Assembly (NCBI GenBank): GCA_963761335.1
Contig: CAVXGR010000013.1
Location: 128,001-192,000 of the forward strand
Length of the DNA stretch: 64,000 nt
Direction: 5' to 3'
From: an uncultured delta proteobacterium
GTDB lineage: Bacteria; Desulfobacterota; Binatia; HRBIN30; BPIQ01
Shown piece after piece: positions 41,774 through 51,551 of this stretch; the stretch's first letter is position 1; each line of letters opens with the position of its first letter. The translations under genes were made by a program, and so were the position numbers. The notes below the pieces were generated by a model that did no database searches, was not told the DNA's origin, and worked only from the letters and a program-made list of their open reading frames with translations.

Positions 41774-42201
41774 GCCGCCTGTCTCCCCAGAACCCGATCA
41801 GCGACTTCCGCCGCCAGCGCCTCCGCCTGGCCGCGGAGCGCGGCACGGGCCTGCTCGATCTGAGCGGCCACCTCGGCTCGCGTCTCGCTCAACTGCGCCG
41901 CCGCCGCATCGCGGGCCGCGGCGACGATCTGCCGCTCCTCGGCGACCGCCGCTTTGCGATTCTCCTCGAGCTGCTCGTGAAGCGCGTGGCGGACCTCGCG
42001 GATGCGCTCCTCGTAATCGGCGTGCAGCGCTTCCGCCTCGCTCCTCAGCGTGGAGGCCTTCTCCTGGTTGCCCTTGGTGCGGCTCTCGCGCTCCTCGAGA
42101 ACGCCCAACATGGGGTCGAAGAGAAGGCTCTTCAAGCCCGCCCAGACGATCAGGAAAGTGATGATCTGGGCTGCAAAAGTCCAGTCGATCGAGATGCCCA
42201 T
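41770..42201 (-). CDS. ATP synthase F0 subunit b'
   Basis: 'IDWTFAAQIITF..LLFDPMLGVLEER' TM plus coiled coil; second b-type subunit. Confidence 0.85.
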   Translation of the reverse strand: MGISIDWTFAAQIITFLIVWAGLKSLLFDPMLGVLEERESRTKGNQEKASTLRSEAEALHADYEERIREVRHALHEQLEENRKAAVAEERQIVAAARDAAAAQLSETRAEVAAQIEQARAALRGQAEALAAEVADRVLGRQAA

Positions 42202-42323
42202 ATGCAGTTGTGCTCTCTGTTCCCCCTGGCCGGCAGGCCAGAACCCGCCTCTTCTAGAGAGATTCGTCGCGCGGATCAACCATCCCCGCGGTATCGAGGT
42301 GGCGCCCCGGCGGGCGCCGCGGC

Positions 42324-42851
42324 TCACTTGATCTCGGATGCCGCGCGAGCGGTAGTGCGCTCTTCCTTGGGGAAGATCGCCACCTTCTTCTCGCGGTCGG
42401 AGCGCTCCACACCGACGTCGGCCTGTGCCATGGAGCAGTGTCCTTCGAAGACGACTCCCTCCTGGATCACCAGCGACGGCGTAACGATGTTGCCGAGCAA
42501 ACGACCGGGAGCGCGCAGCTCGACGAGCTTTCGCGCTGTAACGTCACCGGTGACTCGCCCCTTGATCACGATGGTACCCGCAACCACCTGCGCCACCACG
42601 TTCGCCGACTCTCCGACGATGACGGTGTCCTTTGCCTCCACCTCGCCCTCGACCTGCCCCTCGATGCGCACGCTGCCGTCGAAGCTGAGCTTACCCTGAA
42701 CGCGGCTGCCGCGGCCGATGTGGGCCTGCACGTCCGCCGGCTCGCTGCTGCGCGACTCCCGCGCCGCCGAACCCGTCGAAGGCGGAGTGGAGACTCGCGG
42801 CGTCTCCTCGAATGCGCCGACCCGCTCATCGTTCTTTCCGAATAACGCCAT
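42324..42851 (-). CDS. Bactofilin (polymer-forming cytoskeletal protein)
   Basis: 'IGRGSRVQGKLSFDGSVRIEG', 'GNIVTPSLVIQEGVVFEGHCSM'. Confidence 0.92.
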   Translation of the reverse strand: MALFGKNDERVGAFEETPRVSTPPSTGSAARESRSSEPADVQAHIGRGSRVQGKLSFDGSVRIEGQVEGEVEAKDTVIVGESANVVAQVVAGTIVIKGRVTGDVTARKLVELRAPGRLLGNIVTPSLVIQEGVVFEGHCSMAQADVGVERSDREKKVAIFPKEERTTARAASEIK

Positions 42852-42901
42852 GGCAGATCTCCTCTTTTATTCAGAGAAATGAGTGGAGAGAGAAGGGGGC
42901 G

Positions 42902-42931
42902 CCTATACCATCGGCGCCGCAGCACTGTCAA
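42902..42931 (-). promoter_or_regulatory. Candidate sigma70 promoter for the bactofilin-atp operon
   Basis: Minus strand TTGACA-N18-TATAGG with an extended -10 TG. Confidence 0.4.
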
Positions 42932-43002
42932 AGCTGTCCCGGCGCAGACGACGAGGATGGCGGCAACCATCCGCGGGCGACCCAGGCTGGCGCCGCGAGC
43001 GA

Positions 43003-43869
43003 TCAGGAAGTGCCGGCGATGCGCTCGAGTAGACCGTCGAGCTCCTCCAGCGAGAAGAAGTCGATCTCGATGCGCCCGGAACCGTTGCCCTTGGCGATCA
43101 GACGAACCTTGGTGCCGAGGGCGCGCCGCAGGCGTTCCTCGACGGCACTGTGGTCGGGATCCGCGGCCTTCTGGGCCATGTCGCGCACCAGCTTCTCGGC
43201 CTGGCGCGCATTCAGCCGCCGGCTCACGATCTCCTGCGCTGCGCGCACCTGCTGCTCGGCGCTGCGCGCTCCGGCGACGGCGCGCGCATGTCCCGCGGGC
43301 AGGCGCCCGGCGCGGATCTCCGCCTGCACCGAGAGAGGAAGCGACAGCAGCCGCAGGCTGTTGGCTACCGCCGGACGGCTCTTGCCGACTCGCTCAGCGA
43401 CTCCCTCCTGGGTCAGGCCAAACTCGTCCATGAGGCGCTGATAGGCCGCCGCTTCGTCGAGTGGGTTGAGGTCCTCGCGCTGGACGTTCTCGACGATCGC
43501 CAGCTCGAGCGCCTCGCGATCGCTTGCTTCCTTGATGACGGCGGGGATATCCGACAGGCCGGCCCGCTGGGCGGCGCGGAAACGGCGCTCGCCGGCGATC
43601 AGCTCGTAGCCGTCGCCGACCGGCCGCACCATGATCGGTTGAATAACTCCGTTCTGCAGAATAGAACTGGCGAGCTGCTCGATCGTCTCCTCCGGGAAAT
43701 CCGTGCGTGGCTGCAAGCGGTTTGGACGAATCGAGTCCATGGAGATAGACGATGCCGGCGCGCCGCCGCCGGCGGCCTGCCCCGCATGTCCGCCTTCGAG
43801 CTGCCGGCCCGCTCCCGGGATCAGAGCCCCCAGGCCCCGCCCCAGGGCCTTGCGACGTGGTCCTTCCAT
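43003..43869 (-). CDS. parB: Chromosome partitioning protein ParB
   Basis: 'LGRGLGALI', 'IAGERRFRA', 'ENVQREDLN', HTH 'GKSRPAVANSLRLL'. Confidence 0.96.
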   Translation of the reverse strand: MEGPRRKALGRGLGALIPGAGRQLEGGHAGQAAGGGAPASSISMDSIRPNRLQPRTDFPEETIEQLASSILQNGVIQPIMVRPVGDGYELIAGERRFRAAQRAGLSDIPAVIKEASDREALELAIVENVQREDLNPLDEAAAYQRLMDEFGLTQEGVAERVGKSRPAVANSLRLLSLPLSVQAEIRAGRLPAGHARAVAGARSAEQQVRAAQEIVSRRLNARQAEKLVRDMAQKAADPDHSAVEERLRRALGTKVRLIAKGNGSGRIEIDFFSLEELDGLLERIAGTS

Positions 43870-43880
43870 GTTGTTCTCCC

Positions 43881-44660
43881 TCAGAATGCTCCGCTGCCCG
43901 CCGATTCGCCGAGTATCTCTTTGGCCAAGTCCATGTACGCAAGCGCGCCTCTGGCGTTCGGATCGTAGACCACCGCCGGTAAGCCGTGACTGGGTGACTC
44001 GCTGAGGCGGACGTTGCGCGGAATGACGGCCCGGAACACCGCGTCGGGAAAGTGCTCGCGGACCTCGGACATCACCTGATGTGACAGCGAGTTGCGGACA
44101 TCGAACATGGTGAGAAGCAAGCCCTCGAGGCGCAGCTCCGGATTGAGCTCGCGGCGGACGAGATTGATCGTCTCGAGAAGGGCGGTCAGACCCTCCAGGG
44201 CGTAGTACTCACACTGGAGTGGCACCAAGACGGTGTGTGCCGCACATAGTCCATTGATCGTCAGCAAGCCGAGCGAAGGCGGGCTGTCGATGAGAATGAA
44301 GTCATAGGTGTCGCGAATCGGCTCGAGCGCACGCGCCAGACGGAACTCCCGGCGCAGCATGGGCACCATCTCGATCTCTGCCCCGGTCAGATCGCGGGAT
44401 GCCGCCAGCAGCGTCACTCCGGCCGATCCGGTCGAAATCGCCGCACCCTCGACCGAATGCTCCCCGATGAGCACATCGTAGGTAGACAGCTGCACCTGCT
44501 CAGGGGTCACCCCGAATCCACTGGTAGCACTCGCCTGCGGATCGATGTCCACGAGCAGAATTTTCCGCCCTGCCATTCCTAGAGCGGCCGCCAGGTTCAC
44601 GGCAGTCGTGGTCTTCCCGACGCCACCTTTCTGATTGGCAATACAGATAATACGGCCCAT
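43881..44660 (-). CDS. parA: Chromosome partitioning ATPase ParA/Soj
   Basis: 'NQKGGVGKTT', 'DIDPQ', 'DSPPSLG', 'PLQCEYYALEG'. Confidence 0.96.
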   Translation of the reverse strand: MGRIICIANQKGGVGKTTTAVNLAAALGMAGRKILLVDIDPQASATSGFGVTPEQVQLSTYDVLIGEHSVEGAAISTGSAGVTLLAASRDLTGAEIEMVPMLRREFRLARALEPIRDTYDFILIDSPPSLGLLTINGLCAAHTVLVPLQCEYYALEGLTALLETINLVRRELNPELRLEGLLLTMFDVRNSLSHQVMSEVREHFPDAVFRAVIPRNVRLSESPSHGLPAVVYDPNARGALAYMDLAKEILGESAGSGAF

Positions 44661-44740
44661 TCGGTCACCGTGGAGGCCGGCCTCATAGCACAGGCCGGCG
44701 CCCTGGAGCAAAGAGGCTCCCTCGGCGAGGCACCGCCCAC

Positions 44741-44756
44741 CGTTTCACGTGAAACG
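44741..44756. promoter_or_regulatory. parS: parS site 1
   Basis: CGTTTCACGTGAAACG, inside a perfect 22-bp palindrome at 44738-44759. Confidence 0.9.
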
Positions 44757-44768
44757 GTGCAGCGCGGG

Positions 44769-44784
44769 GGTTTCACGTGAAACA
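44769..44784. promoter_or_regulatory. parS: parS site 2
   Basis: GGTTTCACGTGAAACA, 15/16 match to TGTTTCACGTGAAACA. Confidence 0.9.
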
Positions 44785-45435
44785 TCACTCCCGGCGCTGA
44801 GCAATGATCAGAAGTCGCGCCTCACCTGCGCGAAGAGAATACGTACGTGTCTCAACAGCGCCGTACAGAGAAGACCCTCCGGTCTCTGCTTCTCCCGGAA
44901 CGCGCATGGCCACCGCGACTCCGCCGGGGCGCAGGAGCGGGGCGGCGCGCTCCAGAAATTCGGCCAGGGACCACACTGCGCGCGATACGACCATGTCCAG
45001 ACTCCGCCGGAGGTCTGCATCGGCCGCCAGATCCTCAGCGCGCGCCTCGCGGACAACCGCATTGGTCAAACCGATCTGGCGGACGGCCGCACGCAGGAAG
45101 GCTACCTTTCTCTGCCGGGATTCGACGAGCTCGACCCGGACATCCGGCCTCATGATCGCCAGGACAATTCCCGGGAATCCGCCACCACTACCCAGGTCGG
45201 CCGCACGCCAGCGCTCCCGGGCTATCGAAACGACGGAAAACGAATCCTCGACGTGCTTTCCGATGATTTCCCCGATCGAGCGTTGCGCCACCAAGTTTAG
45301 GCGCTCTCTCCAGCGCAGAAGGATCTGAAGATAGCTCTCCAGCGCCCGTTCGCCGTCGGCAGACAACCCTACCGACTGCGCCGACGCAGCCGCCTCGAGG
45401 AGCGAACGCAGCGAACCGCCGGCTTCAGCAGCCAT
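44785..45435 (-). CDS. rsmG: 16S rRNA m7G527 methyltransferase
   Basis: 'KHVEDS', 'DLGSGGGFPG', 'VES..RKVAFL', 'VVSRA'. Confidence 0.93.
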   Translation of the reverse strand: MAAEAGGSLRSLLEAAASAQSVGLSADGERALESYLQILLRWRERLNLVAQRSIGEIIGKHVEDSFSVVSIARERWRAADLGSGGGFPGIVLAIMRPDVRVELVESRQRKVAFLRAAVRQIGLTNAVVREARAEDLAADADLRRSLDMVVSRAVWSLAEFLERAAPLLRPGGVAVAMRVPGEAETGGSSLYGAVETRTYSLRAGEARLLIIAQRRE

Positions 45436-45449
45436 CGGGACGCGAGCGA

Positions 45450-47336
45450 TCAGCCAAGGCGCTTGAGGTGCACGCTCAGCAATGACAGAGCCGCAGGCGT
45501 GATGCCGGAGACCCGCGCTGCCTGACCGAGCGATTGAGGGCGAATGGCACAGAGCTTCTCGCGCGCTTCGGCGGACAGCCCGGAGACAGACGCGAAGTCG
45601 AAGGTCTCCGGAATGCGTGCCTGCTCCATGCGCTCGAATCGCCGCACGGCCTCCTCCTGGCGGCGAATGTATCCTTCGTATTTCACCGCTACCTCGACCT
45701 CGAACACGGCCGCATCATCCGGGAGCAGAGGCGCCGATTCGCGAAATAGCTCGAGAAGGAGGCGCAGGGAGGTCTCCGGACGCCGCAGCAGGCCCTCCAG
45801 ACTGCCGGGCACCCGCGAGGCGGCGATGCCGAAGCTGGCCAGGTGGGACTCGGCCTCCGGCGTTCGCTGAACCGGCGTGTCGCGCAACCACTGGCGGATC
45901 TCGGCGGCGCCGCGGCGAACCACCTCGACGTCGGCAAAGCTCGCCGAGTCCAGAGCTCCGAGTGAATGGGCCAGATGGGATAGGCGCAGACAGGCATTGT
46001 CCTCGCGCAGCAGCAGCCGGTACTCGGCGCGCGAGGTGAACATACGGTAGGGCTCATCTGCCACCCCTTTGGTCACCAGATCGTCGATCAGCACACCGAT
46101 GTACGCTTGGTCGCGGCGCAGCACCAGAGGAGCCGCAGCGCGAAGATCGAGGGCCGCATTGATGCCGGCCATGATGCCCTGGGCGCCGGCTTCCTCGTAG
46201 CCGGTGGTGCCGTTGATCTGCCCCGCGTGGTAGAGGCCGGGGAGCAGCTTGGTTTCCAGAGACGGCCACAGCTGCGTGGGGTCCGCATAGTCGTACTCGA
46301 TCGCATAACCCGGTCTCATGATCGCCGCGTCTTCGAGGCCCGCGATCGAGCGCACCATCATCGTCTGCACGTCCAGCGGCAAGCTCGTCGACAATCCGTT
46401 CGGATAGACCTCGATCGTGTCGCGGCCCTCAGGCTCAAGGAATATCTGGTGCCGTGCCTTGTCCGCGAAGCGAACCACTTTGTCCTCGACCGAGGGGCAA
46501 TACCGCGGCCCGCGCGCGTCGATGAGGCCACTGTACATCGGTGAACGATCGAGTCCGTTGCGGATGATCTCGTGGGTGGCGGGGTTCGTATAGGTGATGT
46601 GGCAGGGAACCTGCGTCTGACGGATCTCCGGGGTCCAGAAGGAGAAGGGGGAGGGCGGTTGGTCACCCGGCTGCACTGCCAGGCGCCCATAATCGATGGT
46701 GCGGCCGTCGAGGCGAGGGCAGGTTCCGGTCTTCAGCCGGCCGATGCGAAACCCGATCTCCGCCAGACTCTGGCTCAGGCCGGCGACGGCGAAATCGCCG
46801 GCGCGGCCGGCGGGGTAGTTTCTCAGCCCGACGTGGACCAGGCCCCGCAGAAACGTGCCGGTGGTGAGGATCACCCGCCGCGCCTCGATCACCTCGCCCA
46901 TCTGCGTCTCGATCCCGGCGACCCGACCGTCCGCAACCAGCAGGCGCTCGGCGCTGCCCTGGTAGATGGTCAGGCGCGGCGTGCTCTCCAGCCGGCGCTT
47001 CATGTACAGACGGTACTGGAGCTTGTCCGCTTGGGCTCGCGAGGCGCGCACCGCCGGCCCCTTGCGCGTGTTCAGCTGGCGGAACTGGATCCCGGTGGCA
47101 TCGATGGCGCGCCCCATCTCGCCTCCGAGAGCGTCGATCTCCTTGACCAGATGCCCTTTGCCGATACCGCCGATCGCGGGGTTGCAGGACATCTGGCCGA
47201 CATGGTCCAGGTTCAAGGTGATCATCAGCGTGTCGCAGCCCATGCGCGCCGCGGCCAGCGCTGCCTCGCAGCCCGCGTGTCCGGCGCCGACCACGACCAC
47301 GTCGAATACTCTGCTGAACGGTCCCATGCGGATCAC
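45450..47336 (-). CDS. mnmG: tRNA U34 modification enzyme MnmG/GidA
   Basis: 'GAGHAGCEAA', 'MSCNPAIGG', 'GPRYCPSVEDK', 'AGQINGTTGYEEA'. Confidence 0.97.
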   Translation of the reverse strand: MIRMGPFSRVFDVVVVGAGHAGCEAALAAARMGCDTLMITLNLDHVGQMSCNPAIGGIGKGHLVKEIDALGGEMGRAIDATGIQFRQLNTRKGPAVRASRAQADKLQYRLYMKRRLESTPRLTIYQGSAERLLVADGRVAGIETQMGEVIEARRVILTTGTFLRGLVHVGLRNYPAGRAGDFAVAGLSQSLAEIGFRIGRLKTGTCPRLDGRTIDYGRLAVQPGDQPPSPFSFWTPEIRQTQVPCHITYTNPATHEIIRNGLDRSPMYSGLIDARGPRYCPSVEDKVVRFADKARHQIFLEPEGRDTIEVYPNGLSTSLPLDVQTMMVRSIAGLEDAAIMRPGYAIEYDYADPTQLWPSLETKLLPGLYHAGQINGTTGYEEAGAQGIMAGINAALDLRAAAPLVLRRDQAYIGVLIDDLVTKGVADEPYRMFTSRAEYRLLLREDNACLRLSHLAHSLGALDSASFADVEVVRRGAAEIRQWLRDTPVQRTPEAESHLASFGIAASRVPGSLEGLLRRPETSLRLLLELFRESAPLLPDDAAVFEVEVAVKYEGYIRRQEEAVRRFERMEQARIPETFDFASVSGLSAEAREKLCAIRPQSLGQAARVSGITPAALSLLSVHLKRLG

Positions 47337-47429
47337 TCTTTCTTAAATCGCGCCGTCGTGCGAATCCAGATCGGATCGGACCTATCACTAATAGTGACTG
47401 AATATCACTTCTTCCGCATCCCCCCGGGC

Positions 47430-48788
47430 TCATTTCCCGATGCAGAACTCGCGGAAGATGCGGTCGAGCACGTCGTCGGTGGTGACCGCGCCGGTGATGG
47501 CGCCGACGCGGTTGACGGCCTCCTCAATGTCGACCGCAACGACGTCGATCGGGTCGCCGGCGCGCAGGCCGTCCAGGGCTTGGGCGACCGCCTTCCGCGC
47601 TCCCTCGAGCGCATCGCGATGCCGCGCCAGCGTGATCAGTGGAGCCTCCGCCGCCGCATCCTCGGCTCCGAATCTGGTGGCAATCCGGCGCCGCAGGTCG
47701 TCGAGTCCGGCGCCGGTGCGCGCCGAGATCTGCACCGTCTCGCCGGCGCCTATGCGATCGGCGTCCCAGGCCGGCGGAAGATCGCACTTGTTGACGACGG
47801 TCAGCGCTGGCGTCCGCTCGAGGCTCTCCAGCAGCCGCCGGTCATCGGCGCTCAGTGGCCTCGACCGATCCACGACCAGCAGGACGCCATCGGCTTGCTC
47901 GGCGAGGCGCCGCGCCCTCTCGATGCCGATGCGCTCGACCTCCTCGGCGTCCTCGCGGATTCCGGCGGTGTCGGCGAGCACCAGCGGCATGCCGTCGATT
48001 TCGAGGCTCTCCTCGATGATGTCGCGCGTCGTTCCCGGAGCGGGGGTGACGATGGCGCGCTCCGCCCCGAGCATGGCGTTGAGCAGGCTGGACTTGCCAA
48101 CGTTCGGACATCCAACGATGGCGAGATGAAGCCCCTCGCGCAGCAGGCGGCCGCGCGCGTACGAGTCGAGAAGCGAATCGATGCGCTGCGCGACCGCGAC
48201 CAGATTGGCGATCACCGCCTCGCCACTCAGGTCGACGTCTTCCTCGCTGAAATCGATCAGCACCTCGGCGCGCGCCTTCACCTCTACGAGTGATTCGCGC
48301 AGCGACTCGAGCCGTGCCGAGAGCTCGCCGGAGAGATGTCGCAAGGCGGTGCGCGCCGCCGCCGCGGTGCGCGCCGAGACGATCTCGGCCACGGCCTCCG
48401 CCTGCACCAGGTCGATGCGCCCGTTCAGGAACGCCCGCCGCGTGAACTCCCCGGGGTCCGCGGCGCGCGCCCCCAGGGCCAGGCAGCGACCCAGAACCTG
48501 GCGCAGCAGGAGGGGATTGCCGTGCGTGTGCAGCTCGACGGCGTCTTCTCCCGTATAGCTGTGCGGAGCGTACATGAAGACGGCGAGGGCCTCGTCGATG
48601 ATCTCGCCCGCGGCGTCGACGAGAGCTCCCCGGTACAGACGGTGCCGCTGCACAGCGGAGCGCTCGCGGCCGAAGCGGAAGACCATCCGACCGATCTCGA
48701 CGGCGCGGGGGCCGCTGAGGCGAACGATACCGACGGCCCCGGCGCCCGGGGGCGTGGCGATGGCGGCAATGGTATCGTCGGCGTACAC
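47430..48788 (-). CDS. mnmE: tRNA modification GTPase MnmE/TrmE
   Basis: 'DTIAAIAT', 'GCPNVGKSS', 'GTTRD', 'DTAG', C-terminal 'FCIGK'. Confidence 0.97.
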   Translation of the reverse strand: MYADDTIAAIATPPGAGAVGIVRLSGPRAVEIGRMVFRFGRERSAVQRHRLYRGALVDAAGEIIDEALAVFMYAPHSYTGEDAVELHTHGNPLLLRQVLGRCLALGARAADPGEFTRRAFLNGRIDLVQAEAVAEIVSARTAAAARTALRHLSGELSARLESLRESLVEVKARAEVLIDFSEEDVDLSGEAVIANLVAVAQRIDSLLDSYARGRLLREGLHLAIVGCPNVGKSSLLNAMLGAERAIVTPAPGTTRDIIEESLEIDGMPLVLADTAGIREDAEEVERIGIERARRLAEQADGVLLVVDRSRPLSADDRRLLESLERTPALTVVNKCDLPPAWDADRIGAGETVQISARTGAGLDDLRRRIATRFGAEDAAAEAPLITLARHRDALEGARKAVAQALDGLRAGDPIDVVAVDIEEAVNRVGAITGAVTTDDVLDRIFREFCIGK

Positions 48789-48835
48789 GGAAAAGCGGAC
48801 GGTCCGCGGCCGGGGCGCGGCTACCGCGCCCGCCT

Positions 48836-49663
48836 CTACTCGCGGGACGTCCGCCCCCGGGCGCGGCGCTCGCCTTCCGGGATGATCAGCAGCTTGCGGA
48901 AGTAGCCGTTGCCCGAGCTGCGGGTGGTGAGCTGCGGATCGTCCTGAAGCGTCAGATGGACGATGCGCCGGTCGCGCGGGCTCATCGGGTTCAGGGTCAC
49001 TGGACGCCCGCGGCGCTTGGCGCGGTCCGCCGCCCGGCGGGCCAGGTCCTCGAGCAGCTGCCGGCGCTTCTCGCGGTATTGCTCACAGTCGACCGCGAGA
49101 CGGCCGGCGCTGTCGTCGTCCCGCGTCACCAGTCGGTTGGTCAGGTACTCGAGGGCGTCGAGCGTCTGCCCGCGGCGCCCGATCAACACGCTGGCTTCCT
49201 CGCCGCGTATCTCCAGCAGCACGCGGCCGGCGTCCGGGCGCGCCTCCACCGCCGCCGCGAACCCCATCCGCTGGATCAGGTCCTCGAGCACGCGGCGGCC
49301 GTTTTCGACAACCTCCAGCGGAACCGGCTCCGGGGGCTCTTCCGTCGCGGCGCGGGTCGCGCGCGGTGGCCGACGGGGCGGCGCCGCCAGGGGTGCCCGC
49401 GGCTCCGCCGGGTCTCGGGACGCCGGCCGCTCATGGCGCCGCTGGGCCTCCTGTCGCGGCTCCTCGCCCGGCGCCCCGGAATGCTCCAGCGGGCGACGCA
49501 GGCTGGCGCGCACGCGGGCCTTCTTGCCGCCGATGCCAAACAGGCCGCGGCTGGAGTTGGCGAGGATCTCGATCTCGACCTTCGAGCGCTCCGCGCCGAG
49601 CGCCTGCAGGGCCTTTTCGATCGCCTCGTCGATGCTGTTCCCTTCCGTCTCGACGTAGTCCAT
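48836..49663 (-). CDS. jag: RNA-binding protein Jag/EloR (KhpB)
   Basis: Jag_N domain, KH 'LIGRRGQTLDALEYL', R3H 'RRIVH'. Confidence 0.93.
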   Translation of the reverse strand: MDYVETEGNSIDEAIEKALQALGAERSKVEIEILANSSRGLFGIGGKKARVRASLRRPLEHSGAPGEEPRQEAQRRHERPASRDPAEPRAPLAAPPRRPPRATRAATEEPPEPVPLEVVENGRRVLEDLIQRMGFAAAVEARPDAGRVLLEIRGEEASVLIGRRGQTLDALEYLTNRLVTRDDDSAGRLAVDCEQYREKRRQLLEDLARRAADRAKRRGRPVTLNPMSPRDRRIVHLTLQDDPQLTTRSSGNGYFRKLLIIPEGERRARGRTSRE

Positions 49664-49675
49664 GCGCGTCCTCGT

Positions 49676-51316
49676 TCAAGCTGCCGAGCGCGTGATGTAG
49701 TACTGCTGCGCAATCGTGAGCACGTTGTTCACAAGCCAGTACAGGACGAGACCGGCGGGAAAGTTGACGAACATGAAGGTGAACACCAGCGGCATGATCA
49801 TCATCATCCGCCGCTGCGTCGGATCTCCCGTGCTCGGCGTCATCCACTGCTGCACCAGCATGGTCACTCCCATCACCACCGTGAGGACCGGAATGCCCGG
49901 AGGGTTCACGAAGGGAAGCACCATGTTGCCGAGGCGGTCCGGCGCGGAGAGATCGTTGATCCACATCGCGAAGGGCGCATGCCGCAGCTCGATCGAGTTC
50001 AGCAGGGCGCTGTACAGCGCGAAGAAGACCGGGATCTGCAGGATCATCGGCAGGCAGCCCCCCAGAGGGTTCACCTTGTGGCGCCGATACAGCTCCATGA
50101 TCTCCTTGTTCATCTCCTCGGGCTTGTCCTTCAGACGCTCGCGGAGCTTGGTCATCTGCGGCTGCAGCTTCTGCATCTCCCGCATCGACGTAAAGCTCTT
50201 CTGGGTCAGGGGGATGAACAGGATCTTGATGGCGACGGTGAGCAGGATGATGGCGATGCCATAGTTGCCGGTGACGGCGTCGAGCAGTCGCAGCACCTGC
50301 AGCATCGGCACCGCGAGAAAGGCGAAATAGCCGAAATCGATGGCGCGCTTCAGGCCGTGATCCAGGCTGTCGAGAACATCGACGTCCTTCGGACCGACGT
50401 ACACCTCGAAGGGGAAATTCTCTTCCTTCGCCGCCTTCACCCGCGCCAGGACGCGAGTCTCGGCAGTGTTGTCGCGCTTCTTGAGCCAGAGGCGATAGGT
50501 CGACTGCTCCTCGGGAACCAGCGCCGAAAGGAAGTAGGTGTCGCCGTAGCCGGCCCACTCCAGGTTTCCAGTGAGAACCTCTCCCTTTTCCAGGTCCTTG
50601 ACGGCGCGGTGCACGATCTTGTTGTCGAGCAGCGCCACCACGCCCTGGAAGACCCGCCCATGGGCCTCGTTGGGGTTCACGCCCTTCTCCCAAGACACCC
50701 CGACCTCGTTGGTCCCCTGCGGCAGCTGCAGCGCCGCCACCGTGAAGCCGAGCGGATAGGCGTTGCCAGTGAACTCCAGGCGCTTCTCCACATGGACGTT
50801 GCCTGCCTGCCAGACCAGTGTCAGCCGACCCTTCTGGGCGCCGGAGAGCTGCATGGAGCCGCCCTCGATGCGATACAGAACGTCGTCGTCGCGCACGGCC
50901 TGCTCGCCGCGCAGCTCGATGCCGAGCGGCAGCTCGGCGGCCTCGCCGGGATTGATCATCTCCAGCGGCGGACTGCCGGGCTCGGTCGAGGCGCGGTACT
51001 TCTTCAGCTTGAAGCTCTGCAGACGTCCGCCGGCGGCGGTGAACACCGCGGTGTAGAGATCGGTGTCGACGGTGACCTCACGGGCGTTGGGAAACTGCTT
51101 GCGGGGCAGCGCCCTCTCCTCGGCGTTCTCAACCGGTGGCGGAGCGTTCTCCGCGGGCTGTTCCACCAGAGGCGGTACCTCTTCCGGTGTCTTCTCGGCG
51201 CTCTGCGTCTCGGGCTCACTGCCCGGGGGCGGGTAGAGCCGCTTGAGGACGAACTCCTGATAACCGATGAGAATGGCGATCGAGATGACCACCGCGAGCA
51301 GTACGCGCCGATCCAT
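49676..51316 (-). CDS. yidC: Membrane protein insertase YidC
   Basis: 'NYGIAIILLT', 'NPLGGCLPMILQIPVF', 'WINDLSAPD', 'GLVLYW'. Confidence 0.96.
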   Translation of the reverse strand: MDRRVLLAVVISIAILIGYQEFVLKRLYPPPGSEPETQSAEKTPEEVPPLVEQPAENAPPPVENAEERALPRKQFPNAREVTVDTDLYTAVFTAAGGRLQSFKLKKYRASTEPGSPPLEMINPGEAAELPLGIELRGEQAVRDDDVLYRIEGGSMQLSGAQKGRLTLVWQAGNVHVEKRLEFTGNAYPLGFTVAALQLPQGTNEVGVSWEKGVNPNEAHGRVFQGVVALLDNKIVHRAVKDLEKGEVLTGNLEWAGYGDTYFLSALVPEEQSTYRLWLKKRDNTAETRVLARVKAAKEENFPFEVYVGPKDVDVLDSLDHGLKRAIDFGYFAFLAVPMLQVLRLLDAVTGNYGIAIILLTVAIKILFIPLTQKSFTSMREMQKLQPQMTKLRERLKDKPEEMNKEIMELYRRHKVNPLGGCLPMILQIPVFFALYSALLNSIELRHAPFAMWINDLSAPDRLGNMVLPFVNPPGIPVLTVVMGVTMLVQQWMTPSTGDPTQRRMMMIMPLVFTFMFVNFPAGLVLYWLVNNVLTIAQQYYITRSAA

Positions 51317-51543
51317 CAGGGCACCGGGTCCCAACCGCCGTCGTGGAGCGGATGACAGCGCGACAGGCGCCGCACACCGTACCAGAGACCGCGGCGCAGG
51401 CCGTGGCGCAGCACCGCCTCGCGCGTGTACTCGGAGCAGGAGGGCGTGAACCGGCAGGCCGGCCCGAGCAGCGGCGACACGGTCAGCTGGTAGACCCGTA
51501 GGAGGGCCGCTGTGGCGCGCGCGCCAAGCGAGGGAGACGGCAT
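51316..51543 (-). CDS. yidD: Membrane protein insertion efficiency factor
   Basis: '[10 protein letters not shown]', 'RCHP', 'GGWDPVP'. Confidence 0.93.
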   Translation of the reverse strand: MPSPSLGARATAALLRVYQLTVSPLLGPACRFTPSCSEYTREAVLRHGLRRGLWYGVRRLSRCHPLHDGGWDPVP

Positions 51544-51551
51544 GAGAACCT

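Noticed and set aside
40644..41846. Fused b-delta subunit suggested by the 400-aa ORF
   Set aside because: The upstream part is out of frame with atpF; delta starts at ATG 41189 with an ATGA overlap.
48956..51355. 799-aa plus-strand ORF
   Set aside because: Antisense shadow of jag and yidC.
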